64,000 nt of DNA, from contig JBHICG010000001.1 in the NCBI GenBank assembly GCA_046759445.1, positions 32,001 through 96,000 of the forward strand, given 5' to 3'. Numbering within the stretch: the first letter of the stretch is position 1; every line of letters starts with the position of its first letter. This document shows, piece after piece, positions 9,614 to 20,576 of the stretch. A program made the translations under genes and the position numbers. The DNA comes from Candidatus Scalinduaceae bacterium (GTDB lineage: Bacteria; Planctomycetota; Brocadiia; Brocadiales; Scalinduaceae). Under the pieces are notes generated by a model that searched no databases, was not told the origin of the DNA, and worked only from the letters and a program-made list of their open reading frames with translations.

Positions 9614-11887
9614 ATGGAACTAAGAGAGTATCTACGAATAATTTTAACCCATAGAAAGTTAATTATATCCTTGACTCTTGTCACAACAATAGTCGCTACT
9701 CTAGGTGGTTTTACAAAAACTTCGGTATACGAGGCAACGACTACAATCCTGATTAAATCAGCCCTTTCACAGCCACAATTTGCAGTCCCAGGTTTAGGAT
9801 TTACTACTGAACAAAATATCCAAACAAAGGGAGAAACATTAGGCATGATATTAAAGAGCAAGGCCGTCGCGGAAAAGGTTGTAGACATTCTGGAATTAGA
9901 TAAAAGCCTGGGCAAAAAAAAAATACAAAAGGAACCGCCCAGGATTATTTCTATTATTAAGGGGATAATTTCTGTTCCTCGGAACCTTATTGGATTTTTA
10001 AAATATGGGAAAGTAAAAAAGCAAAAAACAGACCCTAGATTGGGTTTAATACAAAGCATACAGGGTTCCATCTCGACTGAACTGTTGCCCAAAACTTCAG
10101 TGATTAAAGCCTCGGTTGTTTCAGGCGATCCTAAATTGGCCGCTGACATTGCAGATACCGCAGCTAAAGTCTTTGTAGACCACATTAAAGAGATGAACTC
10201 GACGGAAGCCAGAGTTGCAAAGGAATTCATTGCTGAACGGATAGTGGGAGCAGAAGAATATCTCGAAAATACTCAGGATGCTTTACGGCAATTCATTAAG
10301 GAAGAAGGGGTTGCAGACCCTGAAAGTGAAATGCCTCCGATATGGCAGGCACTCGTTAATTTTAAGAGTGATTTAAAGAGAACAGAAGCAGAGATTGAAC
10401 AAACCAGGATAAATTATAATGAAATTAGCCAAAAATTATCAAAACACGATAAGACCCTTAAAAAGTCAGCTACCACAATTATTAATCCATTAGTTCAAGA
10501 GTTAAAGGCAAAGTTAGCAAATTTAGAGACAAAACGTTCAAACTTCTCTGTAGACTATGGCCCACTACACCCCAAGATTTTATCTTTAGAGAAAGAAATC
10601 AAGAAAACCAAGTTTAATTTAGAGTCAGAGGTGAAAAGGGTTGTACAGAGTGAATTGACTGAGGTAAACCCTATTTATCAGGAACTGCTCTCGAATTTGG
10701 TATTTAAAGAAATAGATATATCCGTTCTCCAGGAGAAAAAGAAAGCCTTTGTCAAAATTATAAAAGGTTTCCCGTCAGAGCTCAGGATATCAGCCGAGAA
10801 AACAATTAAATGGGAATCATTATCCAGCTCAATAGCTTTTGCTCAAAAGAACCTGGATTCACTAAAGGAGCAGTTGGAGAAAGCGCGTATAACAGAAGCC
10901 CAAAAGCTAAGTGAAATGAAAGTGATTGATACTGCCATACCCCCTTTATTACCCAAAGGGCTCCCTAAGATTGGGTATACTATTCTGGGCCTTTTAGTGG
11001 GTTTGATGGGTGGCATCGGGTTGGCTTTTCTTCTGGAGTATATAGATGATTCTATAAAAACCATTGAGATGATAGAAGATGAATTAAAGCTTCCCGTTTA
11101 TGGAGTTATTCCTGAGATTAAATTACAAGCAAAAAGAAAAAAGAAAAGAAGAAGAGACATTACAGAATCTTATGAGATATCTATGCTGGAAGAAAGATTG
11201 GTGACTCATACAGACCCAAGATCTCCAATAGCAGAGGCATATCGTTCCTTTAGAACGAATATCCAGTTTGCCGATATCTCCGAAAAAACAAAGATTTTAC
11301 TTGTTACAAGCTCCCTTAAAGCCGAAGGAAAGACAACTACCGTAGCAAATCTGGCTATAACTATGGCTCAATTGGGGAATAGAATCATCTTGATCGATGG
11401 AGACTTGAGAAATCCCATGATTCATTCAATCTTTGGCAAACAAAAAGAGCCTGGTTTAACTAATTTAATCGGGGGATTTACCAACTTAGACAAAATTATT
11501 ACAGCCTCAGGGATTGAAAATCTGGATATTATCCCTTCAGGTCCCATACCCCCCAACCCATCAGAATTACTCAGTTCTAAAGGATTAAGCGAGTTGATTG
11601 ACAATATTAAAGCAAATTATGATTTCATACTTTTTGATTCACCACCAATCATTGCGGTTACCGATGCAGTTATATTAAGCTCAAAGGTCCATGGGGTTTT
11701 TCTGGTAGTTAAGCAAGGTAAGACCAGCAAACATATCTGTTTGCGAGCAAAAATACTCCTTGAAAAAGCAAATGCAAATCTACTTGGTTCGGTCTTAAAT
11801 AATGTGAAGGTTGAAAGCAGATATGGGTATGAATATTATTATCAATATTATTATGGGGAGAAAAAGAAGAGCCAAAAAAGTGTATAA
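9614..11887 (+). CDS. wzc: Polysaccharide co-polymerase/BY-kinase (Wzc/GumC-CapB fusion)
   Basis: Two TMs flanking a coiled coil, EAYRSFRTN, EGKTT, IDGDLRNP, PPNPSELL, DSPP and a C-terminal Tyr cluster YGYEYYYQYYY. Confidence 0.92.
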   Translation: MELREYLRIILTHRKLIISLTLVTTIVATLGGFTKTSVYEATTTILIKSALSQPQFAVPGLGFTTEQNIQTKGETLGMILKSKAVAEKVVDILELDKSLGKKKIQKEPPRIISIIKGIISVPRNLIGFLKYGKVKKQKTDPRLGLIQSIQGSISTELLPKTSVIKASVVSGDPKLAADIADTAAKVFVDHIKEMNSTEARVAKEFIAERIVGAEEYLENTQDALRQFIKEEGVADPESEMPPIWQALVNFKSDLKRTEAEIEQTRINYNEISQKLSKHDKTLKKSATTIINPLVQELKAKLANLETKRSNFSVDYGPLHPKILSLEKEIKKTKFNLESEVKRVVQSELTEVNPIYQELLSNLVFKEIDISVLQEKKKAFVKIIKGFPSELRISAEKTIKWESLSSSIAFAQKNLDSLKEQLEKARITEAQKLSEMKVIDTAIPPLLPKGLPKIGYTILGLLVGLMGGIGLAFLLEYIDDSIKTIEMIEDELKLPVYGVIPEIKLQAKRKKKRRRDITESYEISMLEERLVTHTDPRSPIAEAYRSFRTNIQFADISEKTKILLVTSSLKAEGKTTTVANLAITMAQLGNRIILIDGDLRNPMIHSIFGKQKEPGLTNLIGGFTNLDKIITASGIENLDIIPSGPIPPNPSELLSSKGLSELIDNIKANYDFILFDSPPIIAVTDAVILSSKVHGVFLVVKQGKTSKHICLRAKILLEKANANLLGSVLNNVKVESRYGYEYYYQYYYGEKKKSQKSV

Positions 11888-12218
11888 AAAACAAATACCT
11901 GGACAGGGGAAGATCCTTAGAAATACCAGTTCGTACCATCTCCATAGCAGGTGGCCTGCTTAGCCCTAAAAGGGTATTTTATTTGCCCTCCGTTTGGGGA
12001 ATACGCAGAAACTTATTTTTTTCAGGAATGATTAAGATTCGCTTCCCTAAAGAGATTACTCAAATCTGACTCATTTATTTCCTGATCTTGTTTATTTTTC
12101 TGTATTTTTCGCTTCGTCGAAGCCCACTGTACTCACATAATATTCTTTTGCCTATAGGGGGATATCTCAGAAATTCTAATCCAATAGACTGTAAATTTCA
12201 AACACTATCACTACACTC

Positions 12219-13010
12219 TTGCCTTTTAACAAAGATTCAAGGGGGCTGAAAAGGAGATATGAAGCCATTAGAACATCTCAAGAAAATGAAACTATATATC
12301 TATCTATTGTTATTCCTGCCTTTAATGAAGAGGAACGGATTAACAAAACTATTTCAAAAATAGAATCATATCTAAAAACGCAAAACTACTCCTATGAGAT
12401 TATCGTTGTAGATGATGGAAGTAAAGATAATACAGCGACCATAATAAGGGATTCTGCAGATTATAATCATAATGTTTACCTTTTGCAGAACAAGGAAAAT
12501 AAAGGCAAGGGGTATTCAGTAAAAAGAGGTATGCTGAAAGCGCGGGGGGAATATATTCTTTTCTCTGATGCAGATCTTTCAACCCCTATCAAAGAAGTTG
12601 AAAAACTCTTTCCTTTGTTTAATAGGGATTATGATATAGTTATTGGGTCAAGGGGGTTAACAGAATCAAATATTGTAGTACATCAACCTTTTTACAGGGA
12701 GAATATGGGACGTATTTTCAGTAACTTAGTTCAACTTTTGACCGTAAAGGGGATAAAGGATACTCAGTGTGGATTTAAATGTTTCCGTGGAGACGTAGCT
12801 CGTGATATTTTCAATAGACAGACCATGAGTGGATTTTGTTTTGATGTTGAGGTCTTATACATTGCCTCTAAATCTGGTTATAGAATCAAAGAAGTACCAA
12901 TTATTTGGTATAATTCCCCGAAGTCTAAAGTTAATCCTCTAACAGATCCTCTTAAAATGCTCCTTGATTTATTAAGGATAAGATTTAATTCTTTTAAACA
13001 TATTTATTAA
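12219..13010 (+). CDS. GT2 glycosyltransferase (dolichyl-phosphate glucosyltransferase-like)
   Basis: SIVIPAFNEE, VDDGSKD, NKGKG, DADLS, DTQCGFK, FDVE. Start codon uncertain. Confidence 0.88.
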   Translation: MPFNKDSRGLKRRYEAIRTSQENETIYLSIVIPAFNEEERINKTISKIESYLKTQNYSYEIIVVDDGSKDNTATIIRDSADYNHNVYLLQNKENKGKGYSVKRGMLKARGEYILFSDADLSTPIKEVEKLFPLFNRDYDIVIGSRGLTESNIVVHQPFYRENMGRIFSNLVQLLTVKGIKDTQCGFKCFRGDVARDIFNRQTMSGFCFDVEVLYIASKSGYRIKEVPIIWYNSPKSKVNPLTDPLKMLLDLLRIRFNSFKHIY

Positions 13011-13035
13011 ATTCCTTCAAGGATGGACAGGTAAT

Positions 13036-14409
13036 ATGCTTGCTAAAAGAGAGTCAAGATATCACTTTGTAGGGCTGGGTGGTATTGGTATGAGCGCACT
13101 AGCCCAGATTATCAAGGCTCAAGGGCATTTTGTAAGTGGATCAGATAGAGGATATGACAATAATCAAACACCAGAAATATTCAGCAAGCTGGAATCACAA
13201 GGAATTAGGCTTTGTCCTCAAGATGGTTCGGGTATTTACAACTCAACAGAATACGTCGTTACTTCCAGTGCAATAGAAGAGGATAATCCTGATTGGAAAA
13301 TGGCGAGGCTACATAATGTTAAAACTATCAAAAGATCAGAATTGCTTGGCAGTTTATTTAACCATAAACATGGAATTGCAATTGGTGGAAGCAATGGCAA
13401 AACAACAGTATTCGGAATGATATCATGGATTCTTAATACAGCTGGCCGTGATCCCACAATAATTGGAGGCGGATATATTAAAAATTTTATCACAGACCGG
13501 TTTTTAGGCAATGCCAGGCTTGGAGCTTCAGATACAGTCGTAATTGAGGCAGATGAGAGCGATGGTAGCCTTGTTAATTATGTGCCTAAGGTTTCGGTTA
13601 TTACGGACATATCTAAGGACCACAAAACAATTGATGAGTTGCAAAGTTTATTCAGTAAGTTTGCCCAAAACACCTCAGACACAGTAATAGTAAATGGGGG
13701 GTGTATTCGTTTCATAAAAATTAATGGCAAACCTAAAACCATTATCAGATATGGGGAAGGCAATGAAGCGGATATCAGAGTTTCTCAAATTTCCTGTAAT
13801 CCTTTTGGCTCAAGGTTCGAAATAAACGGAAGCAAATTTGAGATCAATATTCCAGGCACATATAATGTCTTTAACGCACTTGCAGCTATAGCTGCAGCGC
13901 AAACGGAGGAAATTCCTGATGATGAAATAAAAAGGGCTTTGAGTACATTTAAAGGTATTAGAAGGCGCATGGAAACTGTAGGTGAAAAGAATGGAATAAA
14001 AGTAATAGACGATTATGCTCATAACCCAAAGAAGATACAAGCGTCAATTGATGCAGCAAGAATGAATAACGTAAGATTAATAGTAATATTTCAACCGCAC
14101 GGTTATGGTCCAACAAGGTTTCTGAGGGAGGGTTTTGTATCTACTTTTGCCAAAAATCTTTTACCTTCTGATATTTTGTTTATGCCGGAGATTTTCTATG
14201 CAGGTGGTACAGCAAACAAAATAATATCATCACAAGAAATTGTTAATGATTTGAAAGATAGGGGCATCAATGCTTTCTTTGTTCCAGAAAGAAAGGATAT
14301 CATTAACGAAGTTAAGCGGGAAGCCAATCCTGGTGATAGCATATTAGTTATGGGCGCAAGAGATGATTCATTAACTAATTTATGTAATGCAATACTAAAT
14401 AGTTTATAG
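13036..14409 (+). CDS. murC: MurC/Mpl-family Mur ligase
   Basis: HFVGLGGIGMSALA, SGSD, GSNGKTT, EADESDG, DDYAHNP, FQPH. Confidence 0.8.
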   Translation: MLAKRESRYHFVGLGGIGMSALAQIIKAQGHFVSGSDRGYDNNQTPEIFSKLESQGIRLCPQDGSGIYNSTEYVVTSSAIEEDNPDWKMARLHNVKTIKRSELLGSLFNHKHGIAIGGSNGKTTVFGMISWILNTAGRDPTIIGGGYIKNFITDRFLGNARLGASDTVVIEADESDGSLVNYVPKVSVITDISKDHKTIDELQSLFSKFAQNTSDTVIVNGGCIRFIKINGKPKTIIRYGEGNEADIRVSQISCNPFGSRFEINGSKFEINIPGTYNVFNALAAIAAAQTEEIPDDEIKRALSTFKGIRRRMETVGEKNGIKVIDDYAHNPKKIQASIDAARMNNVRLIVIFQPHGYGPTRFLREGFVSTFAKNLLPSDILFMPEIFYAGGTANKIISSQEIVNDLKDRGINAFFVPERKDIINEVKREANPGDSILVMGARDDSLTNLCNAILNSL

Positions 14410-14488
14410 AAATGGCTTACTTAAATCTTAACCTTCAATCCCTGAGCCATCTTTATCTCCTTACTATAGTTAGAGCGTTATTTAAAGA

Positions 14489-15082
14489 TTATTTCATTTT
14501 TGCAAGTTCAAAGACAAACTTAAATCTTTCCCCTTCAGGAGAAGTAACCAATAAGGTTGCTTCTGAATTTGGGTCTATATCTTTTATAGGAAATTTATAC
14601 ACACATCCTGCTACATATAGTGGTGAATCAGGATAAAAAGCGCTAGGTTCAGCATGATCTGGAAGATACGCGTAGACAGGATATATAGTTTTATCTTTGG
14701 AATAAAGAATCGCGTTATAACCTCTGGCAAATTCCATATAATCACCAAAGACCGATACCGTAAATGTCATACTTTCCTTTATACGTAATGCCCTTAATAT
14801 TTCACCTTGAGACAATTCCCTCCTCTCAATGGCGGCTTTCCTTGCTTTAAAAGCAACATTATGATAAGCAGTATATAAAGTACCCCAACCAGTTTTTTCC
14901 CCAAGATAAACAACCCAGGGTTTTATGAATTCTTTTAAGCTTGTTCTTCTATTCTTTTTCCCATATTCTATTGCCTCATTCATCTGGCTGCTCGTCAAAT
15001 TGAAAGACATACAATAGGTTGTTTTACCAATCAAAGTAACAATAGCACAAAATGTTAAGGCAATTATTGCTTTTTTACTCAT
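14489..15082 (-). CDS. Hypothetical exported protein
   Basis: Signal-peptide-like N-terminus, GGAGG RBS, same strand as the djlA-like gene. Confidence 0.7.
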   Translation of the reverse strand: MSKKAIIALTFCAIVTLIGKTTYCMSFNLTSSQMNEAIEYGKKNRRTSLKEFIKPWVVYLGEKTGWGTLYTAYHNVAFKARKAAIERRELSQGEILRALRIKESMTFTVSVFGDYMEFARGYNAILYSKDKTIYPVYAYLPDHAEPSAFYPDSPLYVAGCVYKFPIKDIDPNSEATLLVTSPEGERFKFVFELAKMK

Positions 15083-15097
15083 TCATTTCCCTCCACC

Positions 15098-15832
15098 CTA
15101 AAACCCTTTTTCCTTTTTTACTTCTTCGTAAGCCTTATTGATTATTTGGAACTTATCGTTGGCTAATTTAACAAATTCATCTCCCAAATGAGAAACTCTG
15201 TCGGGATGGTATTTTTTGGAGAGACTTCTATATGCTTTTTTAATATCTTCAATAGATTCATTTCTACTAACACCTAAGTTCTTATAATGTTTATCATGAT
15301 CGACACAAAACTCTCCTCGAATCTCAAATGCATCAACCGCATTAATTTCTAAATATCCTATAACCCTGTTTATCATCCTTTCTTCATTTGGATGCAACAC
15401 CCTATCAGCATATGCTACTAAATATACAATCCTCAATAATGAAAGCCTTTCTTCATAATTAGAATATCGTTTATATTCGTAACATACATCTTGCATATTT
15501 AAGTCTACTCTAGAGGTTTGCTTTATTAAGTTTCTAATAAATATTAGGTTCTCTCCCTTAAAGCCGAAATTTACGAATGACCTTTCTATTATATTGATTT
15601 CATGCGTACTTAAATGTCCATCTGCTTTGGCAATCGATACAAGTATCCCAACCAAGTGTGTTATGAAATTTAAAGATCTGTTGTAATCACTAATTGGTTC
15701 TTCTGTGGTTGATTCGCTCAAAGTAGTTCCGTCAAAGAGGTTGCCGGTTATCGCACCAAGGATTGCACCAAATGGACCTCCAAATAGCCATCCCACACCT
15801 GCACCAATTGCTTTGCCTTTCCATTTTGCCAC
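15098..15832 (-). CDS. djlA: DjlA-like co-chaperone (TM + TerB-like + J domain)
   Basis: GK.IG...[15 protein letters not shown]-terminal J domain with HPD. Confidence 0.85.
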   Translation of the reverse strand: MAKWKGKAIGAGVGWLFGGPFGAILGAITGNLFDGTTLSESTTEEPISDYNRSLNFITHLVGILVSIAKADGHLSTHEINIIERSFVNFGFKGENLIFIRNLIKQTSRVDLNMQDVCYEYKRYSNYEERLSLLRIVYLVAYADRVLHPNEERMINRVIGYLEINAVDAFEIRGEFCVDHDKHYKNLGVSRNESIEDIKKAYRSLSKKYHPDRVSHLGDEFVKLANDKFQIINKAYEEVKKEKGF

Positions 15833-15846
15833 GATCCAAATCTCCT

Positions 15847-16611
15847 TTATTTTCTTTGGATAAGGGATGATTTTAGTTCTTTTTGTATTTCTTTTTCTTT
15901 GATCCTATCTTGTGCAATTTCTATATTAAATTTTGCTTCAAGTTTGCTGGGATCGAGAGCCAGAACTTCCTCCCATTTTGAAATCGCTTCTTCATATTTT
16001 CCCTGTCTGTAAAACTGGATTGCTTTATCTAACAAGTCTTCGACAAGAGATGTTACTCGTTTCTCTTTAGTTTCTTTTATAAGGCTTTCTCTGCTCTTTT
16101 CCGTGTCGTTCGTTTTCTTTCCGATATTTGTTGTTCTAGCAACACTTGTTTCTACTTTAGTGGGTTTAGAATAAAGAGATTCTAGTTCTTCAAGTTGAGC
16201 TTTAATTTCATTTTTATCCGTTTCTACTAAAACCAGCTTCTGTCTAATTTCTCGAAGCAAATTCCTGGTTTCTAGTAATTCTTTTTGTAAATTGGCATGT
16301 TCATCATTCCTTAATTCTAATGTAGTTTCAATTGATACTTGTTTATTTTCCATTTTTGCATACTCTTTGTTTAGCCGTTCTTTTTCTAATTTTAGTTCAC
16401 TAAACTTCTTCTTAAGTTCACTGTTTTTTGCATTTAAACTTTCCATACTATTGGATAGTACATCAACTTTTTTTTCCAAGATATTGATTCTTTTTTGCTT
16501 GCCAAAAGTAAATCTTTTAAACTGAAACTTAGAACATCCTGCATTAAACAATCCAAGAGCAATTATTACTGTTGTAAATACATGCCAATATTTTAGATGT
16601 TTTTTAATCAT
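15847..16611 (-). CDS. Lipoprotein with long coiled coil and C-terminal TPR
   Basis: Lipobox NAGC, heptad-rich middle, G.YEEAI..WE.VL.LDP TPR. Confidence 0.75.
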   Translation of the reverse strand: MIKKHLKYWHVFTTVIIALGLFNAGCSKFQFKRFTFGKQKRINILEKKVDVLSNSMESLNAKNSELKKKFSELKLEKERLNKEYAKMENKQVSIETTLELRNDEHANLQKELLETRNLLREIRQKLVLVETDKNEIKAQLEELESLYSKPTKVETSVARTTNIGKKTNDTEKSRESLIKETKEKRVTSLVEDLLDKAIQFYRQGKYEEAISKWEEVLALDPSKLEAKFNIEIAQDRIKEKEIQKELKSSLIQRK

Positions 16612-16787
16612 GGATTTTCTCCCCCTTTTGGAGAATTTTTGTTTAAGGTATTATAGGTTATTTTTTTGAGATATTAGAAGAACAGTTAGTGTTTTCAAGT
16701 TAATTGTTTATGTTCCTACACAGTTACTATATTTGTGTTTCTATGATTCTTTTAAAATATATTATGTTTCTTATAACGCCTTTTCTG

Positions 16788-16979
16788 TCAAGTAACTTTT
16801 TTATCAGAATATTTCAAGATTGCTAATTGTGATATAGCCAGTTCCTCAATCTTTCTGGTTTGGTGTAAAATGTGTTCCCAGTCTTTTTTAGTTCCTGTTG
16901 CATAGCCGTCTTTCAAACGTTTATCTAGTTTTTTCAGGTCAAGCTCAAGCAATTTGAGCCTGTTCTTAAGTTCTTCCAT
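16788..16979 (-). CDS. Small helical hypothetical protein
   Basis: 63-aa ORF with protein-like amphipathic composition, co-oriented with neighbours. Confidence 0.5.
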   Translation of the reverse strand: MEELKNRLKLLELDLKKLDKRLKDGYATGTKKDWEHILHQTRKIEELAISQLAILKYSDKKVT

Positions 16980-17319
16980 TAAACGATTGTCACAGAATTT
17001 TTACAATTTATAGAATTACAAAGTTTTCTTTAGGACATGCTTTTAACATGGAATATTTGTGAAATAGTAGAGAATTTGTGATGATTTTATAGGAATATTT
17101 CTCATTTGTGAGAACTCTTTGTCGAAACCATCCTTAAGACAACTCCCTGCCTTGACTTCCTTTCAGTATTGTGCTGCAATAAGCAGAAATGGACACAATG
17201 TCAGCACTCTTCATTCTATTTGTGAGTGAAACATATTAAGTTCTGTCACAATAAAAAAAGCAACAGGTACGGCAAGTTATTCTACTTAACAGTGAATTAA
17301 TGTCAAATGATTTCTATTC

Positions 17320-17348
17320 TTGACTTATCCATAGACTAGGGATATAGT
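17320..17348 (+). promoter_or_regulatory. Sigma70 promoter of tilS (probably leaderless)
   Basis: TTGACT-N17-TATAGT; the GTG start begins 7 nt after the -10 box. Confidence 0.6.
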
Positions 17349-17354
17349 TAAGGC

Positions 17355-18812
17355 GTGTCACAATTAGAAAAGCAGATTGTTAATGTAATAAGGAATTACA
17401 ACCTTTTTAGTGCGAATGACAGGCTTTTATTAGGTGTTTCTGGTGGACCTGATTCAGTTGCCTTACTTAGTCTTGTCTTTAACCTGAATCGTACAAATAA
17501 CAATTGTTCTGAACTTTTTATAGCACATCTAAATCACTTACTTAGGGGAGAAGAGTCAGAACAAGATGAGCAATTTGTGAAATATCTATCTAAAAGATTT
17601 AAACTACCCATTATTGTTGAAAGAAGGGATATTAATGAGGTTGCCCGTAAACAGAAACTGTCCCTGGAAGAGGCTGCACGAAAAGAAAGATATAAATTCC
17701 TGGAAAACGCTGCACAAAAAGTGGGAGCTAATATTATTGCTGTAGGACATACTGCTGATGATAATGCTGAAACTATTTTACACAGGATAATTAGAGGTGC
17801 CGGAATTTTAGGCCTCAACGGTATAAGACCCAAACGTAAACTTACTTCATTTTCAACAATTGACCTTGTTCGCCCTCTACTATTCTCGTGGCGCAAAGAT
17901 ATCATTGCTTATCTGAAAGAAATGAACCTCGCCTACAAGATAGATTCAACTAATCTTGAAAAAGATAAATTTAGAAGCAGGATTCGAGTGGAGCTTATTC
18001 CGCTGCTTGAAAAGAATTACAATCCTTGTATAAAAAAATCACTGGTTAAGTTAGCCGAAATAACTACGCAAAACTATGATTTCTTAAATTCACATACGGA
18101 TAGTTTATTCAAAAAAACTTCTTTAAACAGGCAAGAAACAGATAAAGTATTCAAAGAAGTTATACTAGATATTCCTAATCTGAAAAAAATTCCTGTAATT
18201 TTACAGCAGATTATTATTAGAAAAGCAATGGTTAGGTTGAATATACCTCTTAAGAAATTCGGCTTTAAAAATTATAAAAATACTCTAGATCTTATTAAGC
18301 ACAAAAGAAAATTAATAAGCAAAGATATTAAAGGTTATTTAAATATCAGGATAGATGATAACAAATTACGGCTTACCAATAAGAAGTATCATATTGAAGA
18401 AAAACCCGTTCTGGAAGAAGTTAAACTTCAGGTACCAGGAGTAACAAAACTGGATGAAATGAAGTATAAGGTTAAAATGGAAATCAGAGAAATAAAGAAC
18501 GGTTTTTTAGAAGAGCTTAAACGGAGCAAAACTAAGTATGTTGAAGCGGTTGATTTTAATAAGATTAACATACCACTTACTGTAAGGATGAGAAGACAGG
18601 GAGATAAATTTTGGCCATTAGGTTCTGGGGGCACTAAAAAGCTAAAGAACTTTTTTATTGATAATAAGATACCAAGGATGGAAAGAAATACAGTTCCAAT
18701 AGTAACAATGAATGGTCAACCTATATGGGTTGTAGGATGGCGGATTGATAACCGTGTCAAGATTACCAAAGAAACAAAGAAACTTTTAATAATGAAGGTT
18801 GAAAGGTGTTGA
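17355..18812 (+). CDS. tilS: tRNA(Ile)-lysidine synthetase
   Basis: SGGPDS PP-loop, AHLNHLLRG, EEAARKERY, HTADDNAET, RPLL and TilS_C domain. Confidence 0.95.
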   Translation: MSQLEKQIVNVIRNYNLFSANDRLLLGVSGGPDSVALLSLVFNLNRTNNNCSELFIAHLNHLLRGEESEQDEQFVKYLSKRFKLPIIVERRDINEVARKQKLSLEEAARKERYKFLENAAQKVGANIIAVGHTADDNAETILHRIIRGAGILGLNGIRPKRKLTSFSTIDLVRPLLFSWRKDIIAYLKEMNLAYKIDSTNLEKDKFRSRIRVELIPLLEKNYNPCIKKSLVKLAEITTQNYDFLNSHTDSLFKKTSLNRQETDKVFKEVILDIPNLKKIPVILQQIIIRKAMVRLNIPLKKFGFKNYKNTLDLIKHKRKLISKDIKGYLNIRIDDNKLRLTNKKYHIEEKPVLEEVKLQVPGVTKLDEMKYKVKMEIREIKNGFLEELKRSKTKYVEAVDFNKINIPLTVRMRRQGDKFWPLGSGGTKKLKNFFIDNKIPRMERNTVPIVTMNGQPIWVVGWRIDNRVKITKETKKLLIMKVERC

Positions 18813-19204
18813 ATGTTTTATTGCACAAAATTTTTTTTAGAAATAAGAATATACTCTTGACTTTTGTGTAATAATGTTATATACATGAAAGTTCTGTCAC
18901 CCATTCCAAATGTACCCCATGTTGCTTTGTCTACGGCGATAAAGCCTCGGAATGCTGTTCGATCCAAGAATTATATCTTCACGTAACCCTCCAGCTCGCT
19001 CACCACATATTTTAAGTACGGTCGTAAAGTGGATACCAAATAATACTTTAATACTCTTTTTGAATTACTTCCTTTTAATACTGTTTAATTTTATAGCTTT
19101 CTGCCTATTTTTCGTACATGAAATGCATATCAAATATAAAGCACTGTACAACATCTAAATCCGTAAGTACTATTGCATCAGCATGTTTTGAAAGTTTAAA
19201 CTAA

Positions 19205-19229
19205 AAATAAGATACCTGGTATCTTATTT
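19205..19229. promoter_or_regulatory. Perfect 12-1-12 palindrome, candidate operator
   Basis: AAATAAGATACC-T-GGTATCTTATTT. Confidence 0.45.
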
Positions 19230-19383
19230 GCGATCTATCAATTCAACTCAAAAGAATTTAAATATTTCCATGAAAAATTGCAGCTAAATTATGAGAATGG
19301 ATGTGTTATAGCACAAGTAAACATAATTAAGTATAGAAGACTCATTAGTATCCCTTCATTAATTTAATAAAGAGAAGAAAATT

Positions 19384-19578
19384 ATGAAAACATTCAGACA
19401 TGTTGTAAGTTGTATTACTTTTTTGATAATTATGGTATTTATTTCGGGTTGTTATACAGCTAATAAAAGCCATAATACTGCGCACAATCGCGCATTGAAA
19501 AAGGATGTGGAATTATTACATAAGGATTTAGATTCTTTTCTGGGCACAGCAAAGCCTTCCATGCTCAGTGAAAGATGA
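19384..19578 (+). CDS. Small lipoprotein
   Basis: Basic N-terminus, hydrophobic core, lipobox ISGC. Confidence 0.7.
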   Translation: MKTFRHVVSCITFLIIMVFISGCYTANKSHNTAHNRALKKDVELLHKDLDSFLGTAKPSMLSER

Positions 19579-19598
19579 ATACCTTAGTGTAATAAATA

Positions 19599-20576
19599 TT
19601 GACTTTGCACATTATAATGAGCTCCACGTTTTGTATAATTACTGGACCAACGGCTAGTGGCAAGACTGGGATTGGTTTTAATGTTGCGCAGGAAATTGAA
19701 GGTGAAATAATTTCTGCCGATTCAATGCTTGTTTATCGAGGCATGGACATCGGAACTGCAAAACCATCCTTGGATATGAGGAAGGCTGTTTCCCACCATT
19801 TAATCGACATTGTTCACCCATGGGAAAGTTATAACGTTGGGAAATATGTCACGGATGCTGAAGATGTCATAAGTAATCTTATTAAGAAAAAGAAGATTTT
19901 TCTTATTGTCGGTGGCAGTCCCCTTTATATAAAGGGAATTATTAATGGAATTTTTAATAGCCCTGAAGCAGACTGGAACATTCGTGAAGAATTGAAAAAG
20001 CTTGCAAAGGAAAAAGGAAATATCTTTGTTCACGGTGTTCTTCAAGAAATAGATTCTATCACAGCACGGAAACTCAATCCAAATGATCTACGACGTGTAA
20101 TACGTGCTATAGAGATATATAAAAAAACCGGCAAACAAATGTCATTTCTTCAAGAACAATACAAAAAAGAAAGTAGAAAATATAAATTTAAGATTATATG
20201 CATAACAAGAACGAAGGAAGATCTTTACCAAAGGATTGACAATAGGGTTAAAACAATGTTTGAAAGAGGGCTTATTGATGAGGTTCAATCTTTATTAGAC
20301 AAACCACGGGGATTAGGTAGACAGGCAAGGCAAGCACTTGGTTATAAGGAAGTTATTCAATATCTCAATGGTGAGTGTACTTTAGACGATGCCGAAGAGA
20401 AAATAAAATTAAATACACGTAGATTTTCTAAAAGACAAATGACCTGGTTTAGAAGTTTTCCAAATGTTCAATGGCTGGAGGCAGATGAAAATAAAAGTTC
20501 AAATGAAACTTCCGAAAAAATAATTCTGGAATTAAAAAGGTATCATAAAGGCACATACATGCCTATGCATAATTAG
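19599..20576 (+). CDS. miaA: tRNA dimethylallyltransferase (start probably ATG ~19617)
   Basis: GPTASGKT, DSMLVYRGMDIGTAKP, HHLID, VGGS.LY, RVIRAIE, KRQMTWFR. Confidence 0.95.
   Translation: MTLHIIMSSTFCIITGPTASGKTGIGFNVAQEIEGEIISADSMLVYRGMDIGTAKPSLDMRKAVSHHLIDIVHPWESYNVGKYVTDAEDVISNLIKKKKIFLIVGGSPLYIKGIINGIFNSPEADWNIREELKKLAKEKGNIFVHGVLQEIDSITARKLNPNDLRRVIRAIEIYKKTGKQMSFLQEQYKKESRKYKFKIICITRTKEDLYQRIDNRVKTMFERGLIDEVQSLLDKPRGLGRQARQALGYKEVIQYLNGECTLDDAEEKIKLNTRRFSKRQMTWFRSFPNVQWLEADENKSSNETSEKIILELKRYHKGTYMPMHN

Noticed and set aside
18952..19158. 68-aa ORF with hydrophobic stretch
   Set aside because: No RBS, and its composition is typical of AT-rich non-coding DNA.
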